Below, piece by piece: positions 52,644 through 63,775 of a stretch of 64,000 nucleotides of DNA. Source of the stretch: Nitrospirota bacterium (GTDB lineage: Bacteria > Nitrospirota > UBA9217); assembly GCA_963740085.1 (NCBI GenBank), contig CAVUCU010000001.1:1472001-1536000 (forward strand), read 5' to 3'. The position numbers and the translations under genes were made by a program. How positions within the stretch are numbered: position 1 is the stretch's first letter; each line of letters begins with the position of its first letter. The notes beneath the pieces were generated by a model. It saw only the letters and a program-made list of their open reading frames with translations, made no database searches and had not been told where the DNA came from.

Positions 52644-53531
52644 TTGATCGAGTTGTTCTTCCAATACGTCGTTGCCGGCCTGACCTATGGCTCCATCTAC
52701 GCCATTGTCGGCATCGGGTTCAACATTATTTACAATACCACCGGGATCATCAACTTTGCCCAGGGCGAGTTCGTCATGCTCGGCGGCATGATCGCGGTGA
52801 CCCTGTATGGTTTCCTGCCGCTTCCACTCGCGGTCCTCGGCGCTGTGCTGATCACGATGATCATCGGCGGATTGATCGAGATGGCCTTTATCCGGTGGCT
52901 CGTGAAGCCGTCGGTCCTGAGGATGATCATCATCACCATCGGCCTTTCCATCCTGATACGGGAAGCAGCGCTTTTCACCTGGGGCGAGGGAGTACGCTCC
53001 CTGCCCTACTTCACGGGGAACGAAATCTCCGCTCTCTCCCTCGGCAATGTCCGCATATCCCCGCAGGTCATCTGGAGCATCGGCGTCTGTTCGATCATCG
53101 TCCTTTCGCTGAACCTTTTTTTCAAACATACCATGCTCGGCAGGGAAATGCGCGCCTGCGCAGCGAACCGCGACGCCGCGTCACTCTGCGGCATCCCGAC
53201 AAGGAACATGATCACCCTTTCCTTTGTCCTCTCCGCCGGCATCGGTGCGCTGGCCGGGTGCGTTGTCTCGCCGATCACCTATACGCAGTATAATATCGGT
53301 GCCGGTCTCGCCATCAAGGGCTTTACCGTTGCGATCCTCGGCGGCCTCGGCAACAGCATGGCCGCCGTGGCAGCAGGTTTCATCCTCGGCATTCTCGAGT
53401 CCTTCAGCATCTGGGTCCTGCCGACCGCTTACAAGGACACGATCTCCATATCCATCCTGCTCGTCATGCTGTTCGTCAGGCCAAGCGGACTGTTTGGAAA
53501 TAAAGAGGCCATGCGGCTAAAGGATTTTTGA
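52644..53531 (+). CDS. branched-chain amino acid ABC permease (LivH-like)
   Basis: GL..GSIYA..G.GF.II....G.INFAQGE motif; TTG start after GAGGAG. Confidence 0.9.
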   Translation: MIELFFQYVVAGLTYGSIYAIVGIGFNIIYNTTGIINFAQGEFVMLGGMIAVTLYGFLPLPLAVLGAVLITMIIGGLIEMAFIRWLVKPSVLRMIIITIGLSILIREAALFTWGEGVRSLPYFTGNEISALSLGNVRISPQVIWSIGVCSIIVLSLNLFFKHTMLGREMRACAANRDAASLCGIPTRNMITLSFVLSAGIGALAGCVVSPITYTQYNIGAGLAIKGFTVAILGGLGNSMAAVAAGFILGILESFSIWVLPTAYKDTISISILLVMLFVRPSGLFGNKEAMRLKDF

Positions 53532-54589
53532 TGAAGACCCCGCGATTTACCCCGATCCTGACCCTTGTTGCTGTGGTCACCCTTGTCCAGCTCCTGACGC
53601 TTGTGGTTGGAAAGGAGTTCTATCTCACGCAGCTCACGATGACGGCGTACTATTCGCTTATTGTGATCGGTCTCTGTCTCCTGATGGGGTTTGCGGGACA
53701 GATCTCACTCGGCCACGCCGGCTTCTTCGCCATCGGCGGGTATACCTCGGCCGTACTCACGACGATGGACCTGTCAACCCACAAGGACGCTGTACTCGTC
53801 ACGCTTCTCACCAGGCTTAATATTTTGACCAGCCGGCAGGACCTCTACGGCCAATCGCTTTTGAGCGTCCATCCCTGGGCTGCCTGCATCGTTGCCGCGC
53901 TGCTTGCGCTCGTGATTTCCTGGGCCATCGGCATCCCGGTGCTGAAGCTCAAGGGGCATTACCTCGCCATGGCGACACTGGGGTTCGGGACGATCATCTA
54001 CAGCCTGGTGCTCGGGACCCAGAGCTTCGGCGCCGCTGACGGCATCTCCGGTGTCCCTCCTTTTCCATTACTGCCCGGCATCAGCGTGAGCGGGAGTTCG
54101 TCGCTCAGGGTTCAGAACTATTACTTTGCCTGGCTTCTCGTGACCGCGGCCATGATTCTGCTCGTGAATCTCATCCACTCCCGTGTCGGCCGCGCGCTCC
54201 GTGCGATCCATGGGGCCGAGGATGCCTCGAACGCCATGGGGGTTGACACGGCCCGATACAAGCTCTCCACCTTCATGCTGAGCGCCGTGCTCGCTGCGAT
54301 CGCCGGGGTCTTTCTCACCCACTTCAACGGCGGCATTGGCCCATCCGAGGCATCGATCATTAAATCGGTACGCTACGTGGCCATCGTTGCCGTCGGCGGC
54401 ATGGGAAGCCTCTGGGGCACGCTCCTCATGAGCGTGGTCCTGAACTTTTTCTCGCTTCGCGGCTATTTCGGGACCTTTGATGACGCCGTATTTGGGTCTA
54501 TCCTGATTCTCATTATGCTCTTCGCGCCCGATGGCATCATCGGATCTGATCTGCGGGCAATGGTGAAAAAATTGAGCCAAAAAATATGA
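53531..54589 (+). CDS. branched-chain amino acid ABC permease (LivM-like)
   Basis: GFAGQISLGHAGFFAIGGY and LKGHYLAMATLGF motifs. Confidence 0.9.
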   Translation: MKTPRFTPILTLVAVVTLVQLLTLVVGKEFYLTQLTMTAYYSLIVIGLCLLMGFAGQISLGHAGFFAIGGYTSAVLTTMDLSTHKDAVLVTLLTRLNILTSRQDLYGQSLLSVHPWAACIVAALLALVISWAIGIPVLKLKGHYLAMATLGFGTIIYSLVLGTQSFGAADGISGVPPFPLLPGISVSGSSSLRVQNYYFAWLLVTAAMILLVNLIHSRVGRALRAIHGAEDASNAMGVDTARYKLSTFMLSAVLAAIAGVFLTHFNGGIGPSEASIIKSVRYVAIVAVGGMGSLWGTLLMSVVLNFFSLRGYFGTFDDAVFGSILILIMLFAPDGIIGSDLRAMVKKLSQKI

Positions 54590-54618
54590 GCGGCAATAAC
54601 AGAACCCTTAAATCTTTG

Positions 54619-54706
54619 AACCGCCAAGGCGCAAAGAACGCTGAGGTTTTTCATGCTAGGCCAGTGACGCGTCTCGTTTTCTTTGCGTTCTTCGCGTCTT
54701 CGCGGT
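54619..54706. repeat. palindrome of 9-nt tandem units
   Basis: AACCGCCAAGGCGCAAAGAACGC ... CTTTGCGTTCTTCGCGTCTTCGCGGT. Confidence 0.65.
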
Positions 54707-54716
54707 ATAGGTGTTT

Positions 54717-55481
54717 ATGCCACTTCTTGAAATAAAAAATATCAGCAAGCGCTTTGGCGGACTCCAGGCCGTGAAGGATGTGAGCTTTTCCGTTCAAGAG
54801 GGCAGCATCAAAGCCGTCATCGGGCCGAACGGAGCGGGAAAAACCACGCTGTTCAACCTTGTGTCCGGATTTTTATATCCGGACGCCGGCGCCATTCTTT
54901 ATCAGGGGGTGCCGATCAACGGGAAGGCTCCGTACGAGATCGCCGCGCACGGACTGTCTCGCACATTCCAGCACATCAAGCTCTTCGCCCACATGACCGC
55001 GCTCGAGAACGTCATGGTCGGCTGCCACGTCAGAAGCAGAGCGGGCTTTCTTGCGGGCATGCTGAACCTGCCCTGGACCTGGCGCGAAGAGCAGGAAATC
55101 CGCGACAGGGCGCATGCAATGATGGACCTTCTCGGGATCGCCAATCTTACCGGCGCCGAGGCCATGAGCCTCTCTTACGGCCAGCAGCGTGCCGTGGAAC
55201 TTGCCCGCGCTCTGGCGGGCGGCCCGACCATGCTGTTGCTCGACGAACCGGCAGCCGGCCTCAATATGCGCGAAACGGCGGACGTAGCAAAACTGATCGC
55301 CAGGATCCGCAACCTTGGCATCACCGTTTTGATCGTTGAACACGATATGTCCCTCGTTATGAACATCTCCGACGAGATCGTCGTGCTGAGCTACGGTGAA
55401 AAGATCGCCGACGACGTTCCCCATGCAGTACAGACCAATCCCGAGGTCGTCCGTGTCTATCTGGGAGAGGACGATGCTTAA
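54717..55481 (+). CDS. ABC ATP-binding protein (LivG-like)
   Basis: [16 protein letters not shown] and LLDEPAAG motifs. Confidence 0.93.
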   Translation: MPLLEIKNISKRFGGLQAVKDVSFSVQEGSIKAVIGPNGAGKTTLFNLVSGFLYPDAGAILYQGVPINGKAPYEIAAHGLSRTFQHIKLFAHMTALENVMVGCHVRSRAGFLAGMLNLPWTWREEQEIRDRAHAMMDLLGIANLTGAEAMSLSYGQQRAVELARALAGGPTMLLLDEPAAGLNMRETADVAKLIARIRNLGITVLIVEHDMSLVMNISDEIVVLSYGEKIADDVPHAVQTNPEVVRVYLGEDDA

Positions 55482-56199
55482 GATCCGCAATCTCGATGCC
55501 GGATACGGCGGCCTGACCGTTCTGCGGCGACTTTCGCTCCATGTGAAATCAGGCGAGATCGTCACGATCATCGGCGCGAACGGCGCGGGCAAGACCACGC
55601 TTCTCAAGACCATTATGGGTCTGCTCCGGGCCCAGGCGGGCGAGATCGTGTTCAACGACCGGGACATCGGACGCGTTCCGACGGAGCGGATCGTTTTTAA
55701 CGGATGTTCACTCGTACCTGAAGGCAGGCAGGTGTTTCCCGCCATGCCGGTCAAGGAGAACCTGTTGCTCGGCGCATACGTCCAGTTCAAGCGCGGCAAC
55801 AGGCATGAGGTGGAGGGCGATCTCGGGCGAATCTACAGCCTCTTCCCGGTGCTGAAGCAGCGCGAAAAGCAGCTTGCAGGCACGCTGTCCGGCGGCGAGC
55901 AACAGATGCTTGCCATAGGCAGGGCGCTCATGGCGCGGCCGAAGCTTGTCATGCTCGATGAACCTTCCATGGGCCTGGCGCCGCTCATGGTGAAAGATAT
56001 CTTCAACATTATCGTAAAGCTCCGCGACGAGGGAAATACGGTGCTGCTGGTGGAGCAGAACGCGCGAAGTGCGCTCAAGATCGCAAACCGCGGCTACGTG
56101 CTCGAAACGGGCAGGATCATCCTCTCAGGAGAGGCCGAAGACCTGCTCGCGAACCGGGATGTGCAGCGGGCGTATCTTGGCAGAGATATCAACGAATAA
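55474..56199 (+). CDS. ABC ATP-binding protein (LivF-like)
   Basis: [25 protein letters not shown] and DEPSMGLAP motifs. Confidence 0.93.
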   Translation: MLKIRNLDAGYGGLTVLRRLSLHVKSGEIVTIIGANGAGKTTLLKTIMGLLRAQAGEIVFNDRDIGRVPTERIVFNGCSLVPEGRQVFPAMPVKENLLLGAYVQFKRGNRHEVEGDLGRIYSLFPVLKQREKQLAGTLSGGEQQMLAIGRALMARPKLVMLDEPSMGLAPLMVKDIFNIIVKLRDEGNTVLLVEQNARSALKIANRGYVLETGRIILSGEAEDLLANRDVQRAYLGRDINE

Positions 56200-56302
56200 A
56201 TCGCGAGGGACGATAGACGAAGGACGATTGAGGCTTAAATTCTTTTTCGTCCCTCGTCAATCGTCCGTCATCTTTTGTATTTTTCTAACAGCGGAGGTGG
56301 TC

Positions 56303-57607
56303 ATGTCGACCTATTGGCAGCCTGAAAGCGAATGTATGGACCGGAAAGAGCTGGAGCAGCTGCAGCTTGAACGGCTCGAGGCCACCCTGAGCCGGGTGTA
56401 CATGAACGTCCCCTTTTACCGGAAAAAGTTCGACGAGGTCAAGTTCAACCCCGATGACCTTCGCTCTCTCAATGACCTGAGCAGGCTGCCCTTCACGACA
56501 AAAAACGACCTCCGGGAAAACTATCCGTATGGACTTTTTGCCGTGCCGCTCCGGGAGGTCGTCCGGATCCACGCTTCGTCGGGGACGACCGGGATGTCAA
56601 CCGTCGTGGGCTATTCGAAGAATGACATCAAGACGTGGTCGAACCTGGTAGCGAGGGTTCTGGCGGCCGGCGGCATCACCAAGGATGATGTCATTCAGAT
56701 TGCATTCAACTACGGCCTTTTCACCGGCGCCTTCGGCCTTCACTACGGCGCCGAACGGCTCGGTGCCTCCGTCATACCCGTTTCGAGCGGCAATACGCGC
56801 CGCCAGATCAAGCTCATGCAGGACTTCAAGACCACGGCTCTGGTGAGCACTCCCAGCTATGCCATGATGATCGCTGACACGATGATGGAAATGGGCGTCA
56901 ACCCCAACTCCCTCTCCCTCAAGTACGGCCTTTTTGGCGCGGAGCCCTGGTCCGATTCCATGCGCAAAGAAATTGAAGGCAAGCTCAAGATCGTGGCTAC
57001 GGACAATTACGGTCTCTCCGAAGTGATGGGGCCCGGCGTTGCCGGAGAGTGTTTGGAACGAAACGGTCTGCACATTGCTGAAGACCACTTCCTCGTCGAG
57101 TGGATCAATCCGGACACTCTTGAGCCGGTCAAACCCGGAGAGATCGGAGAAATGGTCATCACCACGCTGACCAAGGAAGCCTTCCCGGTCATCCGGTACC
57201 GGACCCGCGATCTGACCCGTCTCATTCCTGAACCCTGCCCCTGCGCCAGGACCATGAGGAGGATGACGCGGGTGTACGGCAGGACCGACGACATGCTGAT
57301 CATTCGCGGTGTGAATGTGTTTCCGCAGCAGATTGAGAACGTGCTGTTCGAGATCGAAGGAGTTGCCCCGCATTATCAGATCATCGTCGATCGCAAGGGC
57401 GCGCTTGATGAGACGACGGTAAATGTTGAAGTATCGGAGTCCATGTTCTTCGACGAGATGAAAAAGCAAAGTGAGCTGAAAGAAACCATCAAGAAGCGTC
57501 TTGCCTCGGAGCTCGGCATCTCCGTCGACGTGAAACTTGTGGAGAAAAAAACGCTGGAGCGGTTCGAGGGAAAAGCGAAGCGGGTCGTCGATAATCGTAA
57601 ATTCTAA
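56303..57607 (+). CDS. paaK: phenylacetate-CoA ligase family protein
   Basis: [35 protein letters not shown] and [16 protein letters not shown] motifs. Confidence 0.92.
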   Translation: MSTYWQPESECMDRKELEQLQLERLEATLSRVYMNVPFYRKKFDEVKFNPDDLRSLNDLSRLPFTTKNDLRENYPYGLFAVPLREVVRIHASSGTTGMSTVVGYSKNDIKTWSNLVARVLAAGGITKDDVIQIAFNYGLFTGAFGLHYGAERLGASVIPVSSGNTRRQIKLMQDFKTTALVSTPSYAMMIADTMMEMGVNPNSLSLKYGLFGAEPWSDSMRKEIEGKLKIVATDNYGLSEVMGPGVAGECLERNGLHIAEDHFLVEWINPDTLEPVKPGEIGEMVITTLTKEAFPVIRYRTRDLTRLIPEPCPCARTMRRMTRVYGRTDDMLIIRGVNVFPQQIENVLFEIEGVAPHYQIIVDRKGALDETTVNVEVSESMFFDEMKKQSELKETIKKRLASELGISVDVKLVEKKTLERFEGKAKRVVDNRKF

Positions 57608-57707
57608 ATCCCAAACGCTAGATCCGAAACAATATCGAATGAAAAAAATATCAAAGAAAGGTTCAGCACGTCTTGGAGATTAGAACTTCGTGCTTAGGAT
57701 TTGCCGC

Positions 57708-58517
57708 ATGAATTACATCGACTTTCATACCCATGTCTTCCCGGACAAGATCGCCAAGGCTGCAATGGACGCGCTCGCCTCGGAGTCCGGCACCTATCGT
57801 CCACGAACGGACGGGACCCTGCAGGGTTTGCTCGACTCGATGGAACGAGCGAACATCTCCGCAAGCCTGGTGGCGAACATCGCGACGAAACCGACCCAGC
57901 TTTTTCCGGTCCTTGATTTCTGCAAGCAGATGAAGAGCGACCGCATCCATCCGCTGGTCTCGTTTCACCCCACCAATGATCCGGATGACGTTGAGGATAT
58001 GCTGGGCGAAGCCCAGCGGGCGGGCATCCGTGGAGTCAAGCTTCACCCCATGTACCAGCGCTTTTTCATCGACAGCAAACATATGTACGGCTTTTATGAG
58101 CTCATCGCCAGCTTCGGCTTCTATATCATATTCCACACCGGATACGACATCGCCTTTCCCGACAATACCCAGGCGGACGTGGAACGCGTAAAAAAAGTGG
58201 CCGATTGGTTCAAGGACCTCACCATCGTGTGCACGCATGTCGGGGGATGGAAGCAATGGGACCGGATCCATTGTCTCAGCGACTGCAAGAATGTTTACAC
58301 CGAGACGTCGATGACCTTGAGCGAAGTAAGCGACGAAGAGTTCATCAGACTCATCGGGCACTTTGATGAGGACCGGGTCCTGTTCGGGAGCGACAGTCCC
58401 TGGACGGACCAGAAGGAAATGCTGGAGCGAACACTGCATTTGAAGATAGCTGACAGGGCGAAAGAGAAGATGCTGTACACGAATGCCGCCGTTCTTCTTG
58501 GCTTGAATAAGCCATGA
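57708..58517 (+). CDS. amidohydrolase_2 family protein
   Basis: IDFHTH, GVKLHP, FHTG and LFGSDSPW motifs. Confidence 0.9.
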   Translation: MNYIDFHTHVFPDKIAKAAMDALASESGTYRPRTDGTLQGLLDSMERANISASLVANIATKPTQLFPVLDFCKQMKSDRIHPLVSFHPTNDPDDVEDMLGEAQRAGIRGVKLHPMYQRFFIDSKHMYGFYELIASFGFYIIFHTGYDIAFPDNTQADVERVKKVADWFKDLTIVCTHVGGWKQWDRIHCLSDCKNVYTETSMTLSEVSDEEFIRLIGHFDEDRVLFGSDSPWTDQKEMLERTLHLKIADRAKEKMLYTNAAVLLGLNKP

Positions 58518-58661
58518 GGGATCCTCATATTAAAAACGTATGGGGTTGTCCCATACGTTACTTATCGAAGCGAGAAAAGGGCGGTTCGTTGTCGAGTCAT
58601 CACGCGAACTTCTCATCAATGATCGACAGCGCGAACCTTGAACGAGCCCTGAAATCACGTT

Positions 58662-58951
58662 ATGAAAAAAATTGTGCTGGCGGAAAACATTAACGCGGTC
58701 CTGAGAAAGAAGAACCGTTTCCCGGACCGGGGGATTTGCGCGTCTTCATCGCGACAACGACTGACGAGGTGCTGCGGATCCATCGGACGGTCCGCGCGGA
58801 CCTGATCATCATCCCTCTCGATATGCCCGGAATCGATAGTGAGGAGCTCTGCTCCCTCCTCAGGCAGGATGCGGAAAAGGGTGCGGTCCCGTCATCATGG
58901 TCTGTGCGCACGCCCGGAGAGCGATCGAACAAAACACCGTGGACATCCTGA
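58662..58951 (+). pseudogene. degenerate response-regulator receiver domain remnant
   Basis: MKKIVLAE.. shifts frame near 58730 into LRVFIATTTDEVLRIH...DLIII.LDMPGID.EELC, then degrades. Confidence 0.55.
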
Positions 58952-59017
58952 TCAAAGCGGGGTATGAACCGGGAATCGCAGTGATGAAGCGAAGATTTCA
59001 GGGACACCTGCTGAAGC

Positions 59018-59596
59018 TTACTTCTCTTGCGCCCTGCCTGCCGAAAAAGCCTTCTGATTTATCTCAAGCACTTTTTTGGGGACCGTGTTCTTGATCGCTT
59101 CGAGAATGACCGACTCCTTGAGCGGCAGAAACTTGAGCGCCGCACCGAGCAGCACGAGATTGAGCGTGCGCTTGTCCCCGGCTGCGACCGCGAGTTCCGT
59201 CCCATCGAAAGGCATGACGGTCTTGACGCGATCCTTGATGACCGTATTAATATCGGCCGGATATTTTTCCACCGCGATGGAAACGCCGATCGTGCCGATG
59301 GACCGGGTATTGTAAATGACCACGCCGTCATCCTTGAGGAAATGAATATACCGCGCGGTCTCGAGGGGCTCGAACCCGATCAGCAGGTCGGCCTCTCCCT
59401 CACTCACGATCGGCGAAAAGACCTTGTCTCCGAACCGCACTTGCGACAGCACGCTGCCGCCGCGCTGGGCCATGCCGTGAACCTCGCTCTGCTTCACATC
59501 GAGACCCGCGAGGAGCGCCGCCTCGGCAATGACCTTGCTCGTCAGGAGCACGCCCTGTCCTCCTACGCCGCTGATTAGAATATTAAAAACATCCAC
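59018..59596 (-). CDS. iorB: indolepyruvate:ferredoxin oxidoreductase beta subunit
   Basis: GVGGQG and SEVHGMAQRGGSV.S.VRFG motifs. Confidence 0.93.
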   Translation of the reverse strand: MDVFNILISGVGGQGVLLTSKVIAEAALLAGLDVKQSEVHGMAQRGGSVLSQVRFGDKVFSPIVSEGEADLLIGFEPLETARYIHFLKDDGVVIYNTRSIGTIGVSIAVEKYPADINTVIKDRVKTVMPFDGTELAVAAGDKRTLNLVLLGAALKFLPLKESVILEAIKNTVPKKVLEINQKAFSAGRAQEK

Positions 59597-59733
59597 GCGT
59601 TGAACTCCTTTACTGCGTATATGCGTTGATGCGAATATGGGTAAATGCGTTAAAGCATAGAATCCCGAATCTACGTTTTTTTATATCCGTGTCTTTACGC
59701 ATAAACGCATCCTCGCATTAACACTTCCCCGCT

Positions 59734-61479
59734 TCATCCCTGCTTCATCGACCCCGTGGTGCAGAGCTGGGCGCAGATGCCGCAGCCGTTGCAGAGAAGC
59801 GGATCGATCTCCACAAAACCCGTCTTGCCTTCGGGCGTGAAGGAAAGGGCAATGCACCCCGCCTTGAGACACGTCTTGCACCCGGAGCAGGTCTTCCGCT
59901 CCACCGCGTAGGCCTTCTTGGTGACACGGTAGCGCAGCACGCAGGGCTGGTTCGAAATGAGCACCGTCGGCCCTTTTTCGGCAAGTTCTTCCTTCATGAT
60001 CTTCTCGAGGTCCTTGATGTTATAGGCGTCGATCTCGCGCACCCGCTTCGCGCCGATAGCCTGACAGAGCTTCGCGATATCGAGGCTGGGCGCCTCGGTC
60101 CCCTGGGCGTTGCGGCCCGTGCCGGCATGCTCCTGCCCGCCGGTCATGCCGGTCGTGTCGTTGTTCATGATGATCACGATGGCATCGCCGCCGTTGTATA
60201 CCATATTGATCAGACCGGTGATGCCGGAATGAAGGAACGTGGAATCGCCGATCACGGCCACGGGCTTTTGCTGCACTCCCTTGAGCGCCAGGCCCCGCGC
60301 GATGCCGTGGGCTGCCGAAATGCTGGCGCCCATGCAGATGCAGGTATGCATGGACGAGAACGGCGGCAGCGCGCCGAGCGTATAGCAGCCGATATCGCCC
60401 GACACGAAGAGCTTCAGCTTTGCGATGACCGTATAGAGGCCGCGGTGGGAACATCCGGGGCAGAACGTAGGCGGCCGCATGATCAGGCCGGCCAGAGGGG
60501 CCTTGCATACGAGCGGCTTTCCCGTGACTGCATCATGGACCAGGCGCGACGACAGCTCACCGCAGACGGGGAATGCGGCCTTGCCGAAATGCACGGCGAT
60601 GCCCATGGCCTTCACCTGCTCCTCAATGAACCCGTCGAGTTCCTCCACGATAGCAAGCTTTTTGACCGTCGCGGCAAAGTCGCGGATCTTCTTTTCCGGA
60701 AGCGGATAGGTAACACCGAGCTTCAGGACCGGCGCATCCGGGAAGGCCTCTCGCACGTACTGAAACGCGATGCCGTTCGCGATAAAGCCGACCTCGCCGC
60801 TGCCGCTGATCACCTGGTTCATGGCTGTGCCCTCGGCCCACTCTTTGAGCCTGCCGAGCCGCTCCTCCACGATCAGGTGGCGCTTCTTTGCGTTGGCGGG
60901 AAGCATCACATACTTCGGCACGTCCCGCGCCAGGTCGCGGTCCTTCACCGCAATGGGCTCCGCGTTCTCAACCACGCTCTTGCAGTGGGAGATACGGGTT
61001 GTTGTCCTGAGGATCACCGGCGTATCAAAGGTCTCCGAAAGCTCAAAGGCCTGCCGGACATAATCACGCGCCTCGGCCGAGTCAGCCGGCTCCAGGCAGA
61101 GGACCTTTGCCATGCGTGCGTAATGGCGCGTGTCCTGCTCGTTCTGGGAACTGAACATGCCGGGATCGTCGGCAACCATGAGCACGAGCCCGGCGTTAAT
61201 GCCGGTGTACGCTGCGGTCATGAGCGGGTCCGCGGCCACGTTCACGCCCACGTGCTTCATGCACGCGAGGGACCGCACGCCGGACAGGGCGCCCCCGATT
61301 GCCACCTCGAGGGCCACCTTTTCGTTCACGGACCACTCAGCGTGGATACCTTTCTCGTGAGACAGCGTCTCGAGCACTTCGGTGCTCGGCGTACCCGGAT
61401 AGGCCGCGGCGAGCTTGCCGCCTGCTTCGATGAACCCCCGCGCGATCGCTTCGTTTCCGGAAAGAATTGCTTTCTTCAA
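59734..61479 (-). CDS. iorA: indolepyruvate:ferredoxin oxidoreductase alpha subunit
   Basis: GNEAIARG, YPGTPSTE, CPGC.HR, GDIGCY, GDSTF.HSG and a C-terminal ferredoxin domain. Confidence 0.95.
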   Translation of the reverse strand: MKKAILSGNEAIARGFIEAGGKLAAAYPGTPSTEVLETLSHEKGIHAEWSVNEKVALEVAIGGALSGVRSLACMKHVGVNVAADPLMTAAYTGINAGLVLMVADDPGMFSSQNEQDTRHYARMAKVLCLEPADSAEARDYVRQAFELSETFDTPVILRTTTRISHCKSVVENAEPIAVKDRDLARDVPKYVMLPANAKKRHLIVEERLGRLKEWAEGTAMNQVISGSGEVGFIANGIAFQYVREAFPDAPVLKLGVTYPLPEKKIRDFAATVKKLAIVEELDGFIEEQVKAMGIAVHFGKAAFPVCGELSSRLVHDAVTGKPLVCKAPLAGLIMRPPTFCPGCSHRGLYTVIAKLKLFVSGDIGCYTLGALPPFSSMHTCICMGASISAAHGIARGLALKGVQQKPVAVIGDSTFLHSGITGLINMVYNGGDAIVIIMNNDTTGMTGGQEHAGTGRNAQGTEAPSLDIAKLCQAIGAKRVREIDAYNIKDLEKIMKEELAEKGPTVLISNQPCVLRYRVTKKAYAVERKTCSGCKTCLKAGCIALSFTPEGKTGFVEIDPLLCNGCGICAQLCTTGSMKQG

Positions 61480-61500
61480 ACCTACACCTCAAATATTATC

Positions 61501-61606
61501 TCTCGCAGAGGCGCAGAGGCCGCAGAGAAAGACGGATTTAGTCATCAGTTTTAAATCTAAATCTTAAGACTTTGACCTCCTCTGCGCTCTCTGCGCCTCT
61601 GCGAGA
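61501..61606. repeat. palindrome of 9-nt tandem units (CGCAGAG repeats)
   Basis: TCTCGCAGAGGCGCAGAGGCCGCAGAG and CTCTGCGCTCTCTGCGCCTCTGCGAGA are 25/27 complementary, with an AT-rich loop. Confidence 0.8.
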
Positions 61607-61615
61607 AAATGTCTT

Positions 61616-62959
61616 TTATTTTGGTCTATTGTCAATGACCCGTTTGGCCTTGCCTTCGCTCCGCTGGATCGCACTGGGAGGCACCAGCGTCACTTCGGTA
61701 TTCACGCCGATGATGTCCTTGACGTTCTTCTGGATGTCGCGCTTGATCTTGATGAGGTCCTCTTCTTCCTGCGCAAAGGACTTGAGATCGGTGGAAAGCA
61801 CTTTTGCCGCCAGTTTCTCCATGCACTCGGCGGTCACCTCAACGCGTACGTTCATCACGTCCATCCTCCCCTTCCGGTCCACTTCTATGACATAGTGCGG
61901 GGCAATGTCCTTGGTACGGAGCAACACGGATTCCACCTGGGACGGGAAGACGTTCACGCCCCGGATGATCAGCATATCATCGGCCCGCCCCCTGACCCGT
62001 CGCATCCGAACCAGCGTCCTGCCGCAAGAGCACTTTTCGGGATTAAGACGCGTGATGTCGCCTGTTCGGTAGCGTATGAGCGGCATGGCCTCTCGCGACA
62101 TGCTCGTGATCGTGAGCTCGCCTTCCTGACCATACGGAAGCGGTTCGCCTGTCTCGGGGTTGATGATCTCGGGATAGAAGTGGTCCTCGTTGATATGGAG
62201 ACCTTCCTGCGCCTCGATGCACTCCGAAGACACGCCGGGGCCGATGATCTCGGAAAGACCGTAGATGTCGATGGCCTTGATCCGCAACCGCTCTTCGATC
62301 TCATGACGCATCTCATCGGTCCAGGGCTCCGCGCCGAACAGTCCAACGCGCAGCTTGATCGTGTCGAGATTGATCTTCATCTCGCAGGCCACGTCGTAGA
62401 CGTAGAGGGCGAAGGACGGCGTACAGGTGAGCGCCGTGCTGCCGAAGTCCTGGAGCAGCATGATCTGCTTCTGCGTGTTGCCGCCGGAGATCGGTATAAC
62501 GGCGGCGCCCACGCGTTCCGCGCCGTAGTGCGCACCGAGCCCGCCGGTGAACAGGCCGTAGCCGTAAGCATTCTGGACCACGTCCTTGCTCGTGACGCCG
62601 GCGCAGGTAAAGGTCCGCGCCATCACGTCCGCCCAGAGGCTGATGTCGTTACGGTTGTAGGCTACGACCGTGGGCTTGCCGGTCGTGCCTGATGAGGCAT
62701 GAATGCGTACGATAGTATCAAGCGGTTCGGCAAAGAGGCCGTAGGGATAATTGTCGCGAAGGTCGGCTTTCTTCGTGAACGGAAGTTTAACAACGTCCTG
62801 GATGTCCCGGATATCGGAGGGTTTGATGCCCTTTTCATCAAACTTCTTTTTATAAAAAGGCACGCGGGCATAGACCCGCTCGCAGACCTTTTGAAGTCGT
62901 TGGCTCTGCAATTTCGCAAGTTCCGGTCGAGACAGCGATTCTTCTGCATTCCAGGGCAT
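61616..62959 (-). CDS. paaK: phenylacetate-CoA ligase family protein (second copy)
   Basis: [21 protein letters not shown] and [16 protein letters not shown] motifs. Confidence 0.92.
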   Translation of the reverse strand: MPWNAEESLSRPELAKLQSQRLQKVCERVYARVPFYKKKFDEKGIKPSDIRDIQDVVKLPFTKKADLRDNYPYGLFAEPLDTIVRIHASSGTTGKPTVVAYNRNDISLWADVMARTFTCAGVTSKDVVQNAYGYGLFTGGLGAHYGAERVGAAVIPISGGNTQKQIMLLQDFGSTALTCTPSFALYVYDVACEMKINLDTIKLRVGLFGAEPWTDEMRHEIEERLRIKAIDIYGLSEIIGPGVSSECIEAQEGLHINEDHFYPEIINPETGEPLPYGQEGELTITSMSREAMPLIRYRTGDITRLNPEKCSCGRTLVRMRRVRGRADDMLIIRGVNVFPSQVESVLLRTKDIAPHYVIEVDRKGRMDVMNVRVEVTAECMEKLAAKVLSTDLKSFAQEEEDLIKIKRDIQKNVKDIIGVNTEVTLVPPSAIQRSEGKAKRVIDNRPK

Positions 62960-63138
62960 GAGCGGCTCCTTGTGAGATTGGATTCAAGTCCGAAAAAAAC
63001 GGGGATTTGCTTTGAAACGCGGCTATTATAAACCAGAACGCACGGATTTGTAAACAGAAATCCATATTATCTCTTGGATAAGCGGGGGCATTTTGCTATA
63101 ATAACGGGGTTGTGGGGCGCAGGAGGAAAGAACGACCA

Positions 63139-63546
63139 ATGGATACGCTGAAGAGATTTGTGGAGAATGACCGTTATGCAAAGCATCTTGGCATCGAGAT
63201 GCTGGAATACGGACAGGGTAAGGCAAAAGCCAGGATGGAGGTGCAGCAGCATCACCTGAACAGCGCGGGGATGCTTCACGGAGGCGCCATCTTCTCGCTC
63301 GCCGACGCCGTTTTTTCAGCGGCCTCTAATTCTCACGGGACACTTGCCGTCGCCATTAATGTGAGCATTTCGTTCTTCAAGGCGGCGAAAAGCGGCACCC
63401 TGACGGCATCGGCCGAAGAGGCGTCGTTCAACCCCAGGCTCGCGACCTATCTGATCAACGTTCACGACGAAGCAGGGAACAAGATCGCCCTGTTCCAGGG
63501 CACGGTGTACCGAAAGAAAGATCCTATCGCTGATGTCATAAAATGA
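63139..63546 (+). CDS. PaaI-family hotdog thioesterase
   Basis: HLN..G.LHGGAIFSLAD motif; AGGAGG RBS. Confidence 0.9.
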   Translation: MDTLKRFVENDRYAKHLGIEMLEYGQGKAKARMEVQQHHLNSAGMLHGGAIFSLADAVFSAASNSHGTLAVAINVSISFFKAAKSGTLTASAEEASFNPRLATYLINVHDEAGNKIALFQGTVYRKKDPIADVIK

Positions 63547-63775
63547 TGTCTCCGTCTGTGTAGACCGTACGACGTCGTTATTGCGATGGGCGCGGACATG
63601 ACGTCCGAAGGAATCGAAGACGCATGATATTCCCAATAACGCGATGTGCGTTATGGGCCATATGACATAGCTGTCTGGCAAAAACGTACTTCCGTTACAG
63701 CGCGACCAGCGTTGAGAGAACGAACTAAGGTGTGGTTCGTCTATAATTAGTCGAGTGATTCATGGGGACATCGTT

